NCBI GenBank assembly: GCA_041666225.1
Contig: JBAYHJ010000001.1
Span: 1,881-65,880 of the forward strand
DNA length: 64,000 nt
Origin: Minisyncoccota bacterium
Lineage (GTDB): Bacteria > Patescibacteriota > Minisyncoccia > Phycocordibacterales > UBA9973
Direction: 5' to 3'
Below, piece by piece: positions 49,225 through 59,218 of the stretch. Each line of letters opens with the position of its first letter. The first letter of the stretch is position 1. The notes beneath the pieces are model-generated. The model was not told where the DNA came from and made no database searches. It saw only the letters and a program-made list of their open reading frames with translations. Both the position numbers and the translations under genes were made by a program.

Positions 49225-50190
49225 ATGAAAAAAAATGAAAACAAAATAATAATATATCAGGCTCCTTCTGGAGCCATTGAATTTCGTGGGGATATCAAAA
49301 GTGAAACAATTTGGGCAACACAGGCTCAGATTGCTGAAGTTTTTAATGTAGAAAGATCAGTTATTACAAAACATATTAGAAATATATTAAAAGATAAGGA
49401 ACTTGAAAGATCTTCAGTATGTGCAAAATTTGCACATACTGCCAGTGATGGAAAAACCTACCAAGTAGAACACTACAATTTGGATGTTGTTTTGTCTGTG
49501 GGCTATCGTACAAACTCAAAGATTGCCATAGCTTTTCGACAATGGGTGACTAAGACCTTGCGAGAGCATATTACAAAAGGTTACACCATAAACCGTAAAC
49601 AGATAGCCAAGAATTATGATTCCTTTATGCAAACTGTTGCTAGTATTCAAAATTTATTACCAGAGAATATTACTCTTGACCCAAAGGTAGTTTTGGAATT
49701 AATCAAAGAATTCGCAAGTACTTGGATATCACTCGATGCCTATGATAAAGAATTACTTCAAATAAAAGGAGTTACAAAGAAAAGTATTAAATTAACAGGG
49801 GGTGAATTACTTTCTGCTATTTCAAATTTAAAAAATGAATTAATTAAAAAAGGAGAAACCACAGATTTATTTGCGACCGAAAGACAAAAAGGAAGTGTGG
49901 AGGGTATAGTTGGTAATGTAATGCAAACATTTGGAGGTAAACCACTTTATGAAACTGCTGAAGAAAAAGCAGCGCATCTTCTGTATTTCATGGTGAAGAA
50001 TCATCCTTTCATAGATGGGAATAAACGTTCAGGTGCATTCACTTTCATTTGGTTTATAAGAAAAACAAGAATAAAAGGTTTTAAAAATATAAATCCAGCA
50101 ACATTAACCACACTCACACTTCTAATTGCCGAAAGTGATCCTAAAGATAAAGAGCAGATGGTTGCACTCGTTACCCAATTACTAAAATAA
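49225..50190 (+). CDS. RhuM-like N-terminus fused to a Fic/Doc domain
   Basis: ETIWATQAQIAEVF, YNLDVVLSVGYR, HPFIDGNKRSG. Confidence 0.9.
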   Translation: MKKNENKIIIYQAPSGAIEFRGDIKSETIWATQAQIAEVFNVERSVITKHIRNILKDKELERSSVCAKFAHTASDGKTYQVEHYNLDVVLSVGYRTNSKIAIAFRQWVTKTLREHITKGYTINRKQIAKNYDSFMQTVASIQNLLPENITLDPKVVLELIKEFASTWISLDAYDKELLQIKGVTKKSIKLTGGELLSAISNLKNELIKKGETTDLFATERQKGSVEGIVGNVMQTFGGKPLYETAEEKAAHLLYFMVKNHPFIDGNKRSGAFTFIWFIRKTRIKGFKNINPATLTTLTLLIAESDPKDKEQMVALVTQLLK

Positions 50191-50198
50191 TATTTTTA

Positions 50199-50966
50199 TT
50201 AAAATTCAATCATTATCGGGCAATGATCTGAGCCATAGTAATCAGATATAGTTTTAAAACTTTTTATATTTTTCACAAAAGATTGATTTGTAAAAAAGTA
50301 ATCTATTCGCCAGCCGACGTTGCGGTCGCGAGCACGAGTTTTCTGATCCCAGTATGTGTAAACATCTTTTTTGTTTGGATATAAATTACGAAAAATATCT
50401 ACCCAACCATTATTTATCAACTCATCCATCCAAGCACGTTCAATAGGTAGGAATCCTGTATTTCCTTCATTTGCCTTTGGCCTTGCAAGGTCTATTTCTT
50501 CATGAGCAGTATTTATATCACCACAAAAAATAACATTTTTACCTTGTTTCTTTAATTTATTTATAAATTCTAAAAAAGCATCATAAAATTCCAACTTGTA
50601 TTTCAATCTTTCTGGACCTCCACCTCCGTTAGGGAAGTAGCAGTTGATGAGAACAAAGTTTTTATAGTAAGCAACTAGAGTTCGCCCTTCATCGTCAAAT
50701 CTTTTTTCACCGATTCCATATTCAACTTTTTCTGGTTTTTCTTTTGAATAAATCGCGACACCACTGTAACCTTTTCTTAATTTTGAGTATGAAAAATATG
50801 AATTATAACCCTTTAGATTTCTAGTATCTGCATCAAGTTGTTCTGGTTCGCATTTTGTTTCTTGAAGGCAGACAATATCGGGATTGTTAAAAGAAAACAA
50901 AGGCACAAAATGACCTTGTTTAACCGTCGCTCGCAATCCATTTGTGTTCCAAGAAATTATTTTCAT
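50199..50966 (-). CDS. xth: exodeoxyribonuclease III
   Basis: SWNTNGLRA, LQETK, GDINTAH, GWRIDY, SDHCP. Confidence 0.96.
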   Translation of the reverse strand: MKIISWNTNGLRATVKQGHFVPLFSFNNPDIVCLQETKCEPEQLDADTRNLKGYNSYFSYSKLRKGYSGVAIYSKEKPEKVEYGIGEKRFDDEGRTLVAYYKNFVLINCYFPNGGGGPERLKYKLEFYDAFLEFINKLKKQGKNVIFCGDINTAHEEIDLARPKANEGNTGFLPIERAWMDELINNGWVDIFRNLYPNKKDVYTYWDQKTRARDRNVGWRIDYFFTNQSFVKNIKSFKTISDYYGSDHCPIMIEF

Positions 50967-51060
50967 AATAGTATTATTTTACTACAAAAAATTAAATAAT
51001 GCTTATATGTAATCATGTTGGTCTCTAAAAAAGAGGCTGGAATTATTTTCCGGCCTCTTT

Positions 51061-51990
51061 TTACTTACTATGAAACTTTTTATGAACATCTCGAAGTTGT
51101 TTATCTGTTATATGTGTATATATCTGGGTTGTAGCAATGTTGGCATGACCAAGCATCATTTGGACAGAACGAATATCCGCCCCGTTTGAAAGTAAGTCTG
51201 TCGCAAATGAGTGGCGAATGATATGTGGAGTTACTTTTTTTGATATTCCAGCCACGATTGCATAGTATTTTACAATGCGTTCTATCGAACGGGGAGTTAG
51301 CCTATTTCCTTTCGCTCCATTTTGAGAATATTGGATAAATAAAGGCTCATCCATATCTTTACGAATTTTTAAATATTCTCGAATTGCATCTTTAGCAGAA
51401 TCAGATAAAAATACTACTCGCACCTTTTCCCCCTTACCACGAATAGAAAATTCATCTTTTGATAAATCTAGATCACGATTAATAGAGCAAAGCTCAGAAA
51501 GACGAAGCCCCGTTGAAAAAAATAGCTCCAAAATAGCCTTATCTCGCAACATTTTCCCCAGCCCTAAGTCGGACTTAGGGCTGTTAAGAGGGGCATTTAA
51601 AAGTCGATTTAATTCATCTGTTGATATTAAGTCGAGAGAACGCTCTTTTATTTTAGCTAAGTCTATACGTTCAGGAGAAAGGGAAGTAATACCCCTTTTC
51701 ATCAAGTATTTAAGAAATGAACGAAGAGCAATAAGATGATAATTCTGAGTATTTTTCTTGAGAGTTCCGGCTTGTTGACCTTTTGTTTTAGCACCAGGCT
51801 GACGATTGAGATATAATCTAAACTCTCGAATTTTGTCATCTGTTATTTCTTTCGGTTCGGAAATTTTAGCAAAAGTGAAAAAACGAGTTAAATAGTGGTC
51901 GTAATTATTGACCGTTTTTAGACTGTTTCCTTTCTCAATTTCTACATGTTCAAGGAATTCTCTTTTTAATTGTTCGAATTCTGTGGTCAT
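51061..51990 (-). CDS. XerC/XerD-like tyrosine recombinase
   Basis: TGLRLSEL, GKGEKVR, HIIRHSFAT, LGHANIATTQIYT. Confidence 0.93.
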   Translation of the reverse strand: MTTEFEQLKREFLEHVEIEKGNSLKTVNNYDHYLTRFFTFAKISEPKEITDDKIREFRLYLNRQPGAKTKGQQAGTLKKNTQNYHLIALRSFLKYLMKRGITSLSPERIDLAKIKERSLDLISTDELNRLLNAPLNSPKSDLGLGKMLRDKAILELFFSTGLRLSELCSINRDLDLSKDEFSIRGKGEKVRVVFLSDSAKDAIREYLKIRKDMDEPLFIQYSQNGAKGNRLTPRSIERIVKYYAIVAGISKKVTPHIIRHSFATDLLSNGADIRSVQMMLGHANIATTQIYTHITDKQLRDVHKKFHSK

Positions 51991-52090
51991 AATTAATGTC
52001 GTACAATAATTGTATCATAAGATGCCTAAATTATGCATATATGGCCGACCCCTTGCATTTTTTAACAATTTATGCTAATATATGCTCACG

Positions 52091-52351
52091 ATGTTAACAA
52101 CAAAGAAAAAGCAAAATATTATAAAAAAGAACCAACTGCACGATAAAGACACTGGAAGTGCATCAGTTCAGATCGCTATTTTGAGTAAAAGGATAGATGA
52201 GCTTGCTGGTCACCTAAAAGAACACAAAAAAGACAACAGTTCTCGTCGTGGATTGATAAAAATGGTTGCTGATCGTAGAAATCATTTAAAACATCTCGAA
52301 AAAACTGATAAGGAAAGATACGCGACAGAAACTAAAAAATTAAAAGCCTAA
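52091..52351 (+). CDS. rpsO: 30S ribosomal protein S15
   Basis: DTGSASVQIA, HKKDNSSRRGL. Confidence 0.96.
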   Translation: MLTTKKKQNIIKKNQLHDKDTGSASVQIAILSKRIDELAGHLKEHKKDNSSRRGLIKMVADRRNHLKHLEKTDKERYATETKKLKA

Positions 52352-52562
52352 CAAAATTCCCGACACTGTCGGGTCTTTTGTTATATAATGGAATTGTTGT
52401 TAACATGACAATAGGTCGATAATTAATTTTTAATATAAAAAGCTTCACAAATTATATTCTAAAAAAAGTCCTCGGATGAGGGAGGACAAGGAGCCACCCA
52501 GTAGGTGATTCTCCTGAATCAGACATTTTTTCATAAAATAATTTGTTTCGCTATTAAACTAT

Positions 52563-53069
52563 ATGAGTGTAATAAAACACAAAGAACAAAGAGTAGGGGT
52601 TTTTATAGATACATCAAATCTATATCACTCTGCAAAAAATTTATATAAAAGGAAAGTAAACTTCGGGGCAGTTTTAAAAGATGCAGTAGCAGGACGCAAA
52701 CTTGTCCGTGCAATTGCTTACGTTATCACAAGTGAGGGCGGTGAAGAAAAAAACTTTTTTGATGCATTAACAAAACTTGGAATTGAAACAAAAACAAAAG
52801 ATTTACAAATTTTTTCAGGTGGAGCAAAAAAGGGGGATTGGGATGTCGGACTTGCAGTTGATGCCATGAAGATGGCTCCAAAACTCGACGCAGTTATATT
52901 GGTCGCAGGGGATGGAGATTTTGTCCCTCTAGTAGAATATTTACAAAGTACATCTGGAGTTCAAGTGGAAGTAGTATCTTTTGGAAAGAGTGCTTCAATG
53001 AAACTAAAAGAACAAGCCGATGATTTCCTAGACCTCTCAAATAATTATCGTAAGTATTTAATTTATTAA
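52563..53069 (+). CDS. NYN-domain (LabA/DUF88) ribonuclease
   Basis: FIDTSNLY, KGDWDV, GDGDFVPL. Confidence 0.9.
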   Translation: MSVIKHKEQRVGVFIDTSNLYHSAKNLYKRKVNFGAVLKDAVAGRKLVRAIAYVITSEGGEEKNFFDALTKLGIETKTKDLQIFSGGAKKGDWDVGLAVDAMKMAPKLDAVILVAGDGDFVPLVEYLQSTSGVQVEVVSFGKSASMKLKEQADDFLDLSNNYRKYLIY

Positions 53070-53118
53070 ATAAAAAAACCGCGCTGACATCAGTGCGGTT
53101 TTTTGTTTCAAAAATATA

Positions 53119-53406
53119 TTAATACTCCCCGTCGTCTATTCCTTCAACAGAGAAATTGAATGCGTGTTGACGTTGTTTAATTAGAAATAATTGTTTCCAA
53201 AAAAATAACGTCTCTGTGGATTTTATTTCCACAAGGTCGTATGCCATTTTAGTTGGACTAAAAACCATTCTTTTAAATACTTTTAATATAAAAGAGCGAG
53301 TGTTGCCTTCGTTGGCAACTTCACCAATGATGGTTTCTATCCTACCGTCTGGCATCAGTTTACAAATCTCTAGATTTTCACCTGAAGATATTTTTATTTT
53401 TTTCAT
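53119..53406 (-). CDS. small hypothetical protein
   Basis: 95-aa ORF with an upstream TTGACA/TATAAT promoter. Confidence 0.55.
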   Translation of the reverse strand: MKKIKISSGENLEICKLMPDGRIETIIGEVANEGNTRSFILKVFKRMVFSPTKMAYDLVEIKSTETLFFWKQLFLIKQRQHAFNFSVEGIDDGEY

Positions 53407-53572
53407 GGCTGTGGTTTTTCTTTTACATTATAACAATAATCTATCATTGTCAATCAGCGTTTTTTTTGCTATTATAGTTCTATTAATAGTTATTTAATTT
53501 GTTAATCTCCGAACAATTAGCGTTGAAACAAAAAGTTTCAAAACTAGAGTTTGGAGAGTAGCACTAAAATAT

Positions 53573-55708
53573 ATGCAAAGTAAAGAATACGAAGTAGAAA
53601 TCGGTGGCAAGAAAATTGTCGCATTTTTTAGTGATTTAGCTGACCAAGCAAATGGTTCAGTAATTTTAAAAAGTGAGGGGACAGTAGTTATGGCTACAGC
53701 CGTCATCTCAAAAGATGGAAGTAAAAATTTAGGATTTTTTAATCTAACAGTCGAGTATTTAGAAAAGTTTTACGCTGCTGGAAAAATTCTTGGTGGACAA
53801 TACAATAAGAGGGAGGGCCGACCAAGTGACCAAGCTATCTTGGCTGCTCGCATGATCGATCGTACTATCCGTCCGCTTTTCGATCATCATATAAAAAATG
53901 CTGTGCAAGTAATTGTCACAGTAATTGCAGTAGGAGAAACTGATCCAAAAGTTTTAGGAATCAATGCGGCATCAGTGGCATTACAAATGTCTGACATCCC
54001 TTGGAACGGTCCAATTGGTGCAGTTCAAATAAGTAAAACAAGTGATGACAAAGAAGTAAAAGTAAATCACTATATCCCAAGTCAAGACGAATCAGTGTAC
54101 GCACTTGATCTTCTTGTTTGTGGAAAAGATAAAACAATCAACATGATCGAAGCGATGGCATATGAATTAAACGAAGAAGAAATGGGGAGTTGTTTTGATC
54201 TTGCTTCTAGTGAAATCACAAAGTGGGAAGATTTCCAAAAGAAACTTCAAGGTGAATTTGGTAAGACGAAACTTGTATTTCCAAAGCCGGTAATAGATGA
54301 AAGTGTTACCACTCTCTTTAATGAAAAAATTAAATCAACACTCGATGCAAAACTTTTCACTAAAGAAAGTAAAAAAATTTCAAGTGAAGTTGAGGCTCTT
54401 TGGAGTGAATTATTAAAAGAAAAATATCCAAATGAAGAAGATGAAGCAACACTTAGTGCGGCTGAAGATTATTTACATCATTACTTAGACAATGAGTTCC
54501 ATAGAGTTGCATTGGAAAATGGAACTCGTGCTGATGGAAGAAAAGTTGATGAGATACGAAAACTTTTTGCTAAAGCAGGTGGAGTGTCTCCTGTGTTACA
54601 CGGTTCTGGAATATTTTACAGAGGGGAAACACACGTTCTATCGGTGCTCGCACTTGGTGGGCCTGAAGATATGCTACTTGTGCAAGGAATGGAATCTGAA
54701 TTAAAAAAACGTTTCATACATCACTACAATTTCCCTCCGTACTCAGGTGGTGAGACAGGGCGTGTTGGTGGAATCAATCGTCGTGAAATGGGTCACGGAT
54801 TTTTAGCAGAAAAAGCACTCACTCCAATTATTCCAAATAAAATAAATTTTCCTTATACGATTCGTGTTGTGTCTGAATCAACAGCTTCAAACGGTTCAAC
54901 TTCCCAAGCTTCAATCTGTGCAGCAACTCTTGCTTTGATGGATGGAGGTGTCCCAATCAAAAGTCCGGTAGCTGGAATTTCTGTCGGACTAATGGCAAGT
55001 GAAAAAGATGAAAATAAATATGTTTTACTTTCTGATATTCAAGGACCGGAAGATCACTACGGAGACATGGATTTCAAAGTTGCTGGCACAAAAGATGGTA
55101 TCACGGCAATTCAACTTGATGTGAAAGTAGATGGAGTCAGAATCCCGATTTTAAAAGAAGCACTTGTCCGCGCAAAAAATGCACGTCTAGAAATTCTTGA
55201 AACTATCACAAAAGAAATCGCATCACCACGCGCAAGTATTTCTCCAAGGGCTCCGATGATATTAACTATTAAAATTAAAAAAGATCAAATCGGAATGGTT
55301 ATTGGCCCCGGTGGAAAAAACATCAATGCAATTCGAGAAGAAACAGGAACTGAAATTACAATCGAGGAAGATGGAACAGTTTTTGTCACAGGTAAAAATG
55401 GAGGGGCGGAAAAAGCAGTCAAGATAATTGAGGATATGACTCATGAATACAAGATTGGAGAGAAAGCTGATGGCGAAGTTGTAAAACTTATGGATTTTGG
55501 AGCCTTTGTTCGCATTGGACATGACACTGAGGGCTTAGTTCACATTTCAGAAATAGCCCCATTCCGTGTTGAGAAAGTTTCTGATATTCTTAAGGAGGGG
55601 GATAAAGTTCCCGTGAAAATAATCAAAGTGGATGAGAGAGGCAGATTAAACTTTTCAATCAAAGATGCAGATAGTAATTTTTTCAAGAAACCAGAATTAG
55701 ATAAATAA
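53573..55708 (+). CDS. pnp: polyribonucleotide nucleotidyltransferase
   Basis: HYNFPPYS, RREMGHG, SNGSTS, GDMDFKVAG, KH and S1 domains. Confidence 0.98.
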   Translation: MQSKEYEVEIGGKKIVAFFSDLADQANGSVILKSEGTVVMATAVISKDGSKNLGFFNLTVEYLEKFYAAGKILGGQYNKREGRPSDQAILAARMIDRTIRPLFDHHIKNAVQVIVTVIAVGETDPKVLGINAASVALQMSDIPWNGPIGAVQISKTSDDKEVKVNHYIPSQDESVYALDLLVCGKDKTINMIEAMAYELNEEEMGSCFDLASSEITKWEDFQKKLQGEFGKTKLVFPKPVIDESVTTLFNEKIKSTLDAKLFTKESKKISSEVEALWSELLKEKYPNEEDEATLSAAEDYLHHYLDNEFHRVALENGTRADGRKVDEIRKLFAKAGGVSPVLHGSGIFYRGETHVLSVLALGGPEDMLLVQGMESELKKRFIHHYNFPPYSGGETGRVGGINRREMGHGFLAEKALTPIIPNKINFPYTIRVVSESTASNGSTSQASICAATLALMDGGVPIKSPVAGISVGLMASEKDENKYVLLSDIQGPEDHYGDMDFKVAGTKDGITAIQLDVKVDGVRIPILKEALVRAKNARLEILETITKEIASPRASISPRAPMILTIKIKKDQIGMVIGPGGKNINAIREETGTEITIEEDGTVFVTGKNGGAEKAVKIIEDMTHEYKIGEKADGEVVKLMDFGAFVRIGHDTEGLVHISEIAPFRVEKVSDILKEGDKVPVKIIKVDERGRLNFSIKDADSNFFKKPELDK

Positions 55709-55735
55709 AATAATAGTTTTGTTTATAAAAAAAAT

Positions 55736-56638
55736 ATGGATGAAAATAAACCACAACAAAATGACACCGACATAAAAGTTCTCCGAACATATACTTCTGA
55801 TATGGCCGATGCTGTTCGAATAAACGAAATGTCTGTGATCAAAATAGCTCTTGCTGAAAAAGAAAAACGTGAAAGGGAAGAGATATACAAAAAAGCCGAA
55901 GGAACAAATACTTCAAAAACTTTTCTAGTAATTGGAGGTATAATTTTAATCGCTGTTGCAATTTTTGGATCTTATTTTATTTTTCAAAAAACAAAAGAAA
56001 AGAAAATCCCACCACAGATAACGACAAATATTGAGACAATTATAACATATGATTCAAAATCAAATATAGATGTAACAAATATAACTGGTATAAGTGATTT
56101 AATTTCTGAAATAAAAAAAGGGCAAGATTCAAATCCAAGTTTGATTAAAGCACTTTTCTTTATAAAAAATAATAATGGTATAACCGAAAATATTAGTTCT
56201 AGTAATTTTCTCTCATTAATTAAAACATCAGCACCCGGAGCACTCATAAGATCATTGTCTGATAAATATTTGTTTGGAAAATATTCAAACTCAAATGCAA
56301 TAAATGAAAAAGATAAATATGCAACTTTTTTAATCTTTCAAACAAACAATTATACTCAAACCTATGCTTCAATGCTTGATTGGGAAAAAACAATGTTAAA
56401 AGATTTATTTACTATTTTTGAAATCACTATACCAGAATCAGAAAATTCATTATTTGAAAAACCATGGAAAGATCTAATTGTAAACAATAAAGATGTTCGT
56501 GTATTATATGGAGACACCGGAGAAGGCATACTGTATTATGTTTTTGTAAACAAAGATAATCTTGTTATTGCCAATAACTTGGAAACACTGAAAGAAGTTA
56601 TGTCGAGAATAATAATAAAAAATACTCAACCACTCTAA
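55736..56638 (+). CDS. hypothetical single-TM protein
   Basis: LRTYTSDMA N-terminus, one TM, soluble C-terminal domain. Confidence 0.7.
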   Translation: MDENKPQQNDTDIKVLRTYTSDMADAVRINEMSVIKIALAEKEKREREEIYKKAEGTNTSKTFLVIGGIILIAVAIFGSYFIFQKTKEKKIPPQITTNIETIITYDSKSNIDVTNITGISDLISEIKKGQDSNPSLIKALFFIKNNNGITENISSSNFLSLIKTSAPGALIRSLSDKYLFGKYSNSNAINEKDKYATFLIFQTNNYTQTYASMLDWEKTMLKDLFTIFEITIPESENSLFEKPWKDLIVNNKDVRVLYGDTGEGILYYVFVNKDNLVIANNLETLKEVMSRIIIKNTQPL

Positions 56639-56677
56639 ATAGTTGTCAAATACTCAATAAATGTTAATATAATAATT

Positions 56678-57040
56678 ATGAATGTTAAAATTTACAAAGA
56701 AAAATTAGAGGAGGAAAAGAAGTTATTAGTAGAAGAACTCGGAGGGCTTGGTCGTGTAGATAAGACAGGGGACTGGGAAGCTGTTCCAGAAAATGAGACA
56801 GCAAGCCAAGAAGTCCCAGATGAAGGAGATCTAGCAGAGAGAGCTGAAGATTATGAAGAACGTTCCATTAAACTCAATACCCTCGAATCAAGACTAGGGG
56901 ATATCAATAAAGCTTTAGAAAAAATCAATAGTGATAATTATGGAATCTGTGAAAATTGCAAAAAAGAAATCGAAGAAGACCGATTAGAAGTAAATCCTGC
57001 AGCTAAAACATGCAAGGATTGTATGGAAAAAGTGTTATAA
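56678..57040 (+). CDS. TraR/DksA C4-type zinc finger protein
   Basis: YGICENC...RLEVNPAAKTCKDC. Confidence 0.9.
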   Translation: MNVKIYKEKLEEEKKLLVEELGGLGRVDKTGDWEAVPENETASQEVPDEGDLAERAEDYEERSIKLNTLESRLGDINKALEKINSDNYGICENCKKEIEEDRLEVNPAAKTCKDCMEKVL

Positions 57041-57086
57041 ATTAAAACCCCCAAAACAATTATTTTGGGGGTTTTACATTAAATAT

Positions 57087-58655
57087 ATGTCATTCTCGAG
57101 AATTTATTCAGCACAAACACATTTATTAAAAGGAAAAATTGTAACTATTGAAGTTGATATTACAAAAAAGACTCTTCACTCTTTTACTTTAGTTGGGCTG
57201 CCAGATAAAGCTGTCGACGAATCAAAAGACCGAATGAGTTCTGCTTTAAAAAACTCAGGATACAATTCTCCTAAAAATCAAAATCAAAAAATTGTTATTT
57301 CACTTTCTCCAGCTGATCTTAAAAAAGAGGGGCCATATTTTGATTTAGCAATTGCGCTTTCTTACCTTCTTTCTGCCGAAGAAATAAATTTTAATCCTGA
57401 TGGAAGAATTTTTCTGGGAGAATTGTCATTAAACGGTGAACTACGTCCCATAAAAGGGGCATTGCCATTAACTCAAGAAGCTAAAAAACTTGGTTATAAA
57501 GAAATATTCTTACCAATTGAAAATGCTGAAGAGGCTGCGCTTGTGGATGATATTAAAATATATGGAGCAAAAAATCTAAAAGAAGTAATTGATCATATTT
57601 ATATACCAAAGACAGATAAAAAGGGTAATTTAATAGAAAAAGAAAGACCCAAAATATCTATCTTCCCAAAAACTGAAATCCTACACAAAGAAAGATCTGG
57701 GAATATTGATTTTTCAGATATCAAAGGTCAAGAAGGGGCAAAAAGGGGACTTGAGATAGCAGCTAGTGGTGGACACAATATCGCTATGTCTGGCCCACCT
57801 GGTACAGGGAAAACAATGTTGGCGCGCGTTTTTTCGCACATTCTTCCCGATTTAGAAAAAGATGATTGTTTAGAAATTACAGGAATACACTCAGTTGTTG
57901 GACTACTTGAAGATGCATTAATTACCGAATCCCCCTTTCGTGCTCCGCACCATACCGCAAGTTATGTCTCAATGATTGGAGGTGGAACAAATCCAAAACC
58001 GGGAGAGGTTACACTTGCACACCGTGGAGTTTTATTTCTCGATGAATTTCCAGAATTTGAAAAAAGGGTTTTAGAAGCTCTTCGCCAGCCACTTGAAGAC
58101 AATGTCGTCTCAATTTCTCGCGCCCGTGGTTCAGCGATTTTTCCATCAAATTTTATCCTCGTTGCGGCAATGAATCCTTGTCCTTGTGGAAATAAAGGCA
58201 ACAAACAAAAAGAGTGTATTTGTAAACCAATTGATTTAGATCGGTATAAAAGAAAACTCTCAGGTCCTATAATGGATCGAATTGATATTTGGGTTACAGT
58301 TAGCAATGTAGATTATGAAAAGCTTTCAAATAACACACAGGAAGGTGAAAAAACTTTTACGATAAAAGAAAGGGTCAAAAAAGCTCGTGATATTCAAAAT
58401 AAACGGTTTAAAAATGCGGAGAGAAAAATAAACACAAATAGTGAAATAAATGTAAAAGAATTAAATATTTACGCTCCACTTGATAATGAAACAAAAAAAT
58501 TACTAAACCAAAGTGCTGAGCGCCTACAACTCTCAGCCCGAGCCTACCACCGCACCATCAAACTCGCTCGCACCATCGCCGACCTAGAAGGTAGTGAAAA
58601 TATAACTCAATCTCATATCTTGGAAGCACTCCAATACAGACCAAGAGAAAATTAA
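57087..58655 (+). CDS. comM: ComM/YifB Mg-chelatase-like AAA+ ATPase
   Basis: VGLPDKAV, GPPGTGKT, LAHRGVLFLDE, AAMNPCPCG, LARTIADL. Confidence 0.92.
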   Translation: MSFSRIYSAQTHLLKGKIVTIEVDITKKTLHSFTLVGLPDKAVDESKDRMSSALKNSGYNSPKNQNQKIVISLSPADLKKEGPYFDLAIALSYLLSAEEINFNPDGRIFLGELSLNGELRPIKGALPLTQEAKKLGYKEIFLPIENAEEAALVDDIKIYGAKNLKEVIDHIYIPKTDKKGNLIEKERPKISIFPKTEILHKERSGNIDFSDIKGQEGAKRGLEIAASGGHNIAMSGPPGTGKTMLARVFSHILPDLEKDDCLEITGIHSVVGLLEDALITESPFRAPHHTASYVSMIGGGTNPKPGEVTLAHRGVLFLDEFPEFEKRVLEALRQPLEDNVVSISRARGSAIFPSNFILVAAMNPCPCGNKGNKQKECICKPIDLDRYKRKLSGPIMDRIDIWVTVSNVDYEKLSNNTQEGEKTFTIKERVKKARDIQNKRFKNAERKINTNSEINVKELNIYAPLDNETKKLLNQSAERLQLSARAYHRTIKLARTIADLEGSENITQSHILEALQYRPREN

Positions 58656-58799
58656 TGTTGGAAGTCGGACTTCCAACATTTTAAATTTCTTTATCGAGGC
58701 GCTTGGCTTCAGCCCAAGAAAGTTCGTAAATTTTTTTCATCGCATCAGCAATTTCAGCATTATTTTGTAAAGCTAATAAAAGATGTATTATTAATAGAT

Positions 58800-59210
58800 A
58801 TGGAAGAAAAAAGACACAACTCAATGCTCATTCCCTATTATTTTAAAAAAAATAATCTTTATGTTTTCTTACAAAGAAGAAATGATGACGCTCCAAGAAA
58901 CCCAAATATCTTAGGTGGATTCGGTGGAGGATTAGAAGGAGAAGAAAATAATGAGGATGCATTAATACGAGAAATGAATGAAGAATTAGAATATACTCCA
59001 AAAAATTATTCCCTTCTCGGAACTTTTGAAACTGATCATTCAATATCTAATTACTACATCGAAGAAGTCGATGAAAATTTTGAGAACAATGTTATTGTGC
59101 ATGAAGGAAAGAGAGGAGAATGGCATGAGGCAATAAAAGTTGTTGAGAGAGACGATATTAGTCCAAACACGAAAAGAGTTATTAATTCAATAATTTTAAA
59201 ATTTCGTTAA
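58800..59210 (+). CDS. NUDIX hydrolase
   Basis: GGGLEGEENNEDALIREMNEEL Nudix box. Confidence 0.85.
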   Translation: MEEKRHNSMLIPYYFKKNNLYVFLQRRNDDAPRNPNILGGFGGGLEGEENNEDALIREMNEELEYTPKNYSLLGTFETDHSISNYYIEEVDENFENNVIVHEGKRGEWHEAIKVVERDDISPNTKRVINSIILKFR

Positions 59211-59218
59211 TAAATTAT

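Noticed and set aside
51061-51990. Prophage or integron integrase driving the cassettes
   Set aside because: Looks like a housekeeping Xer among core genes; no IntI-type insertion, attC array or phage genes recognised.
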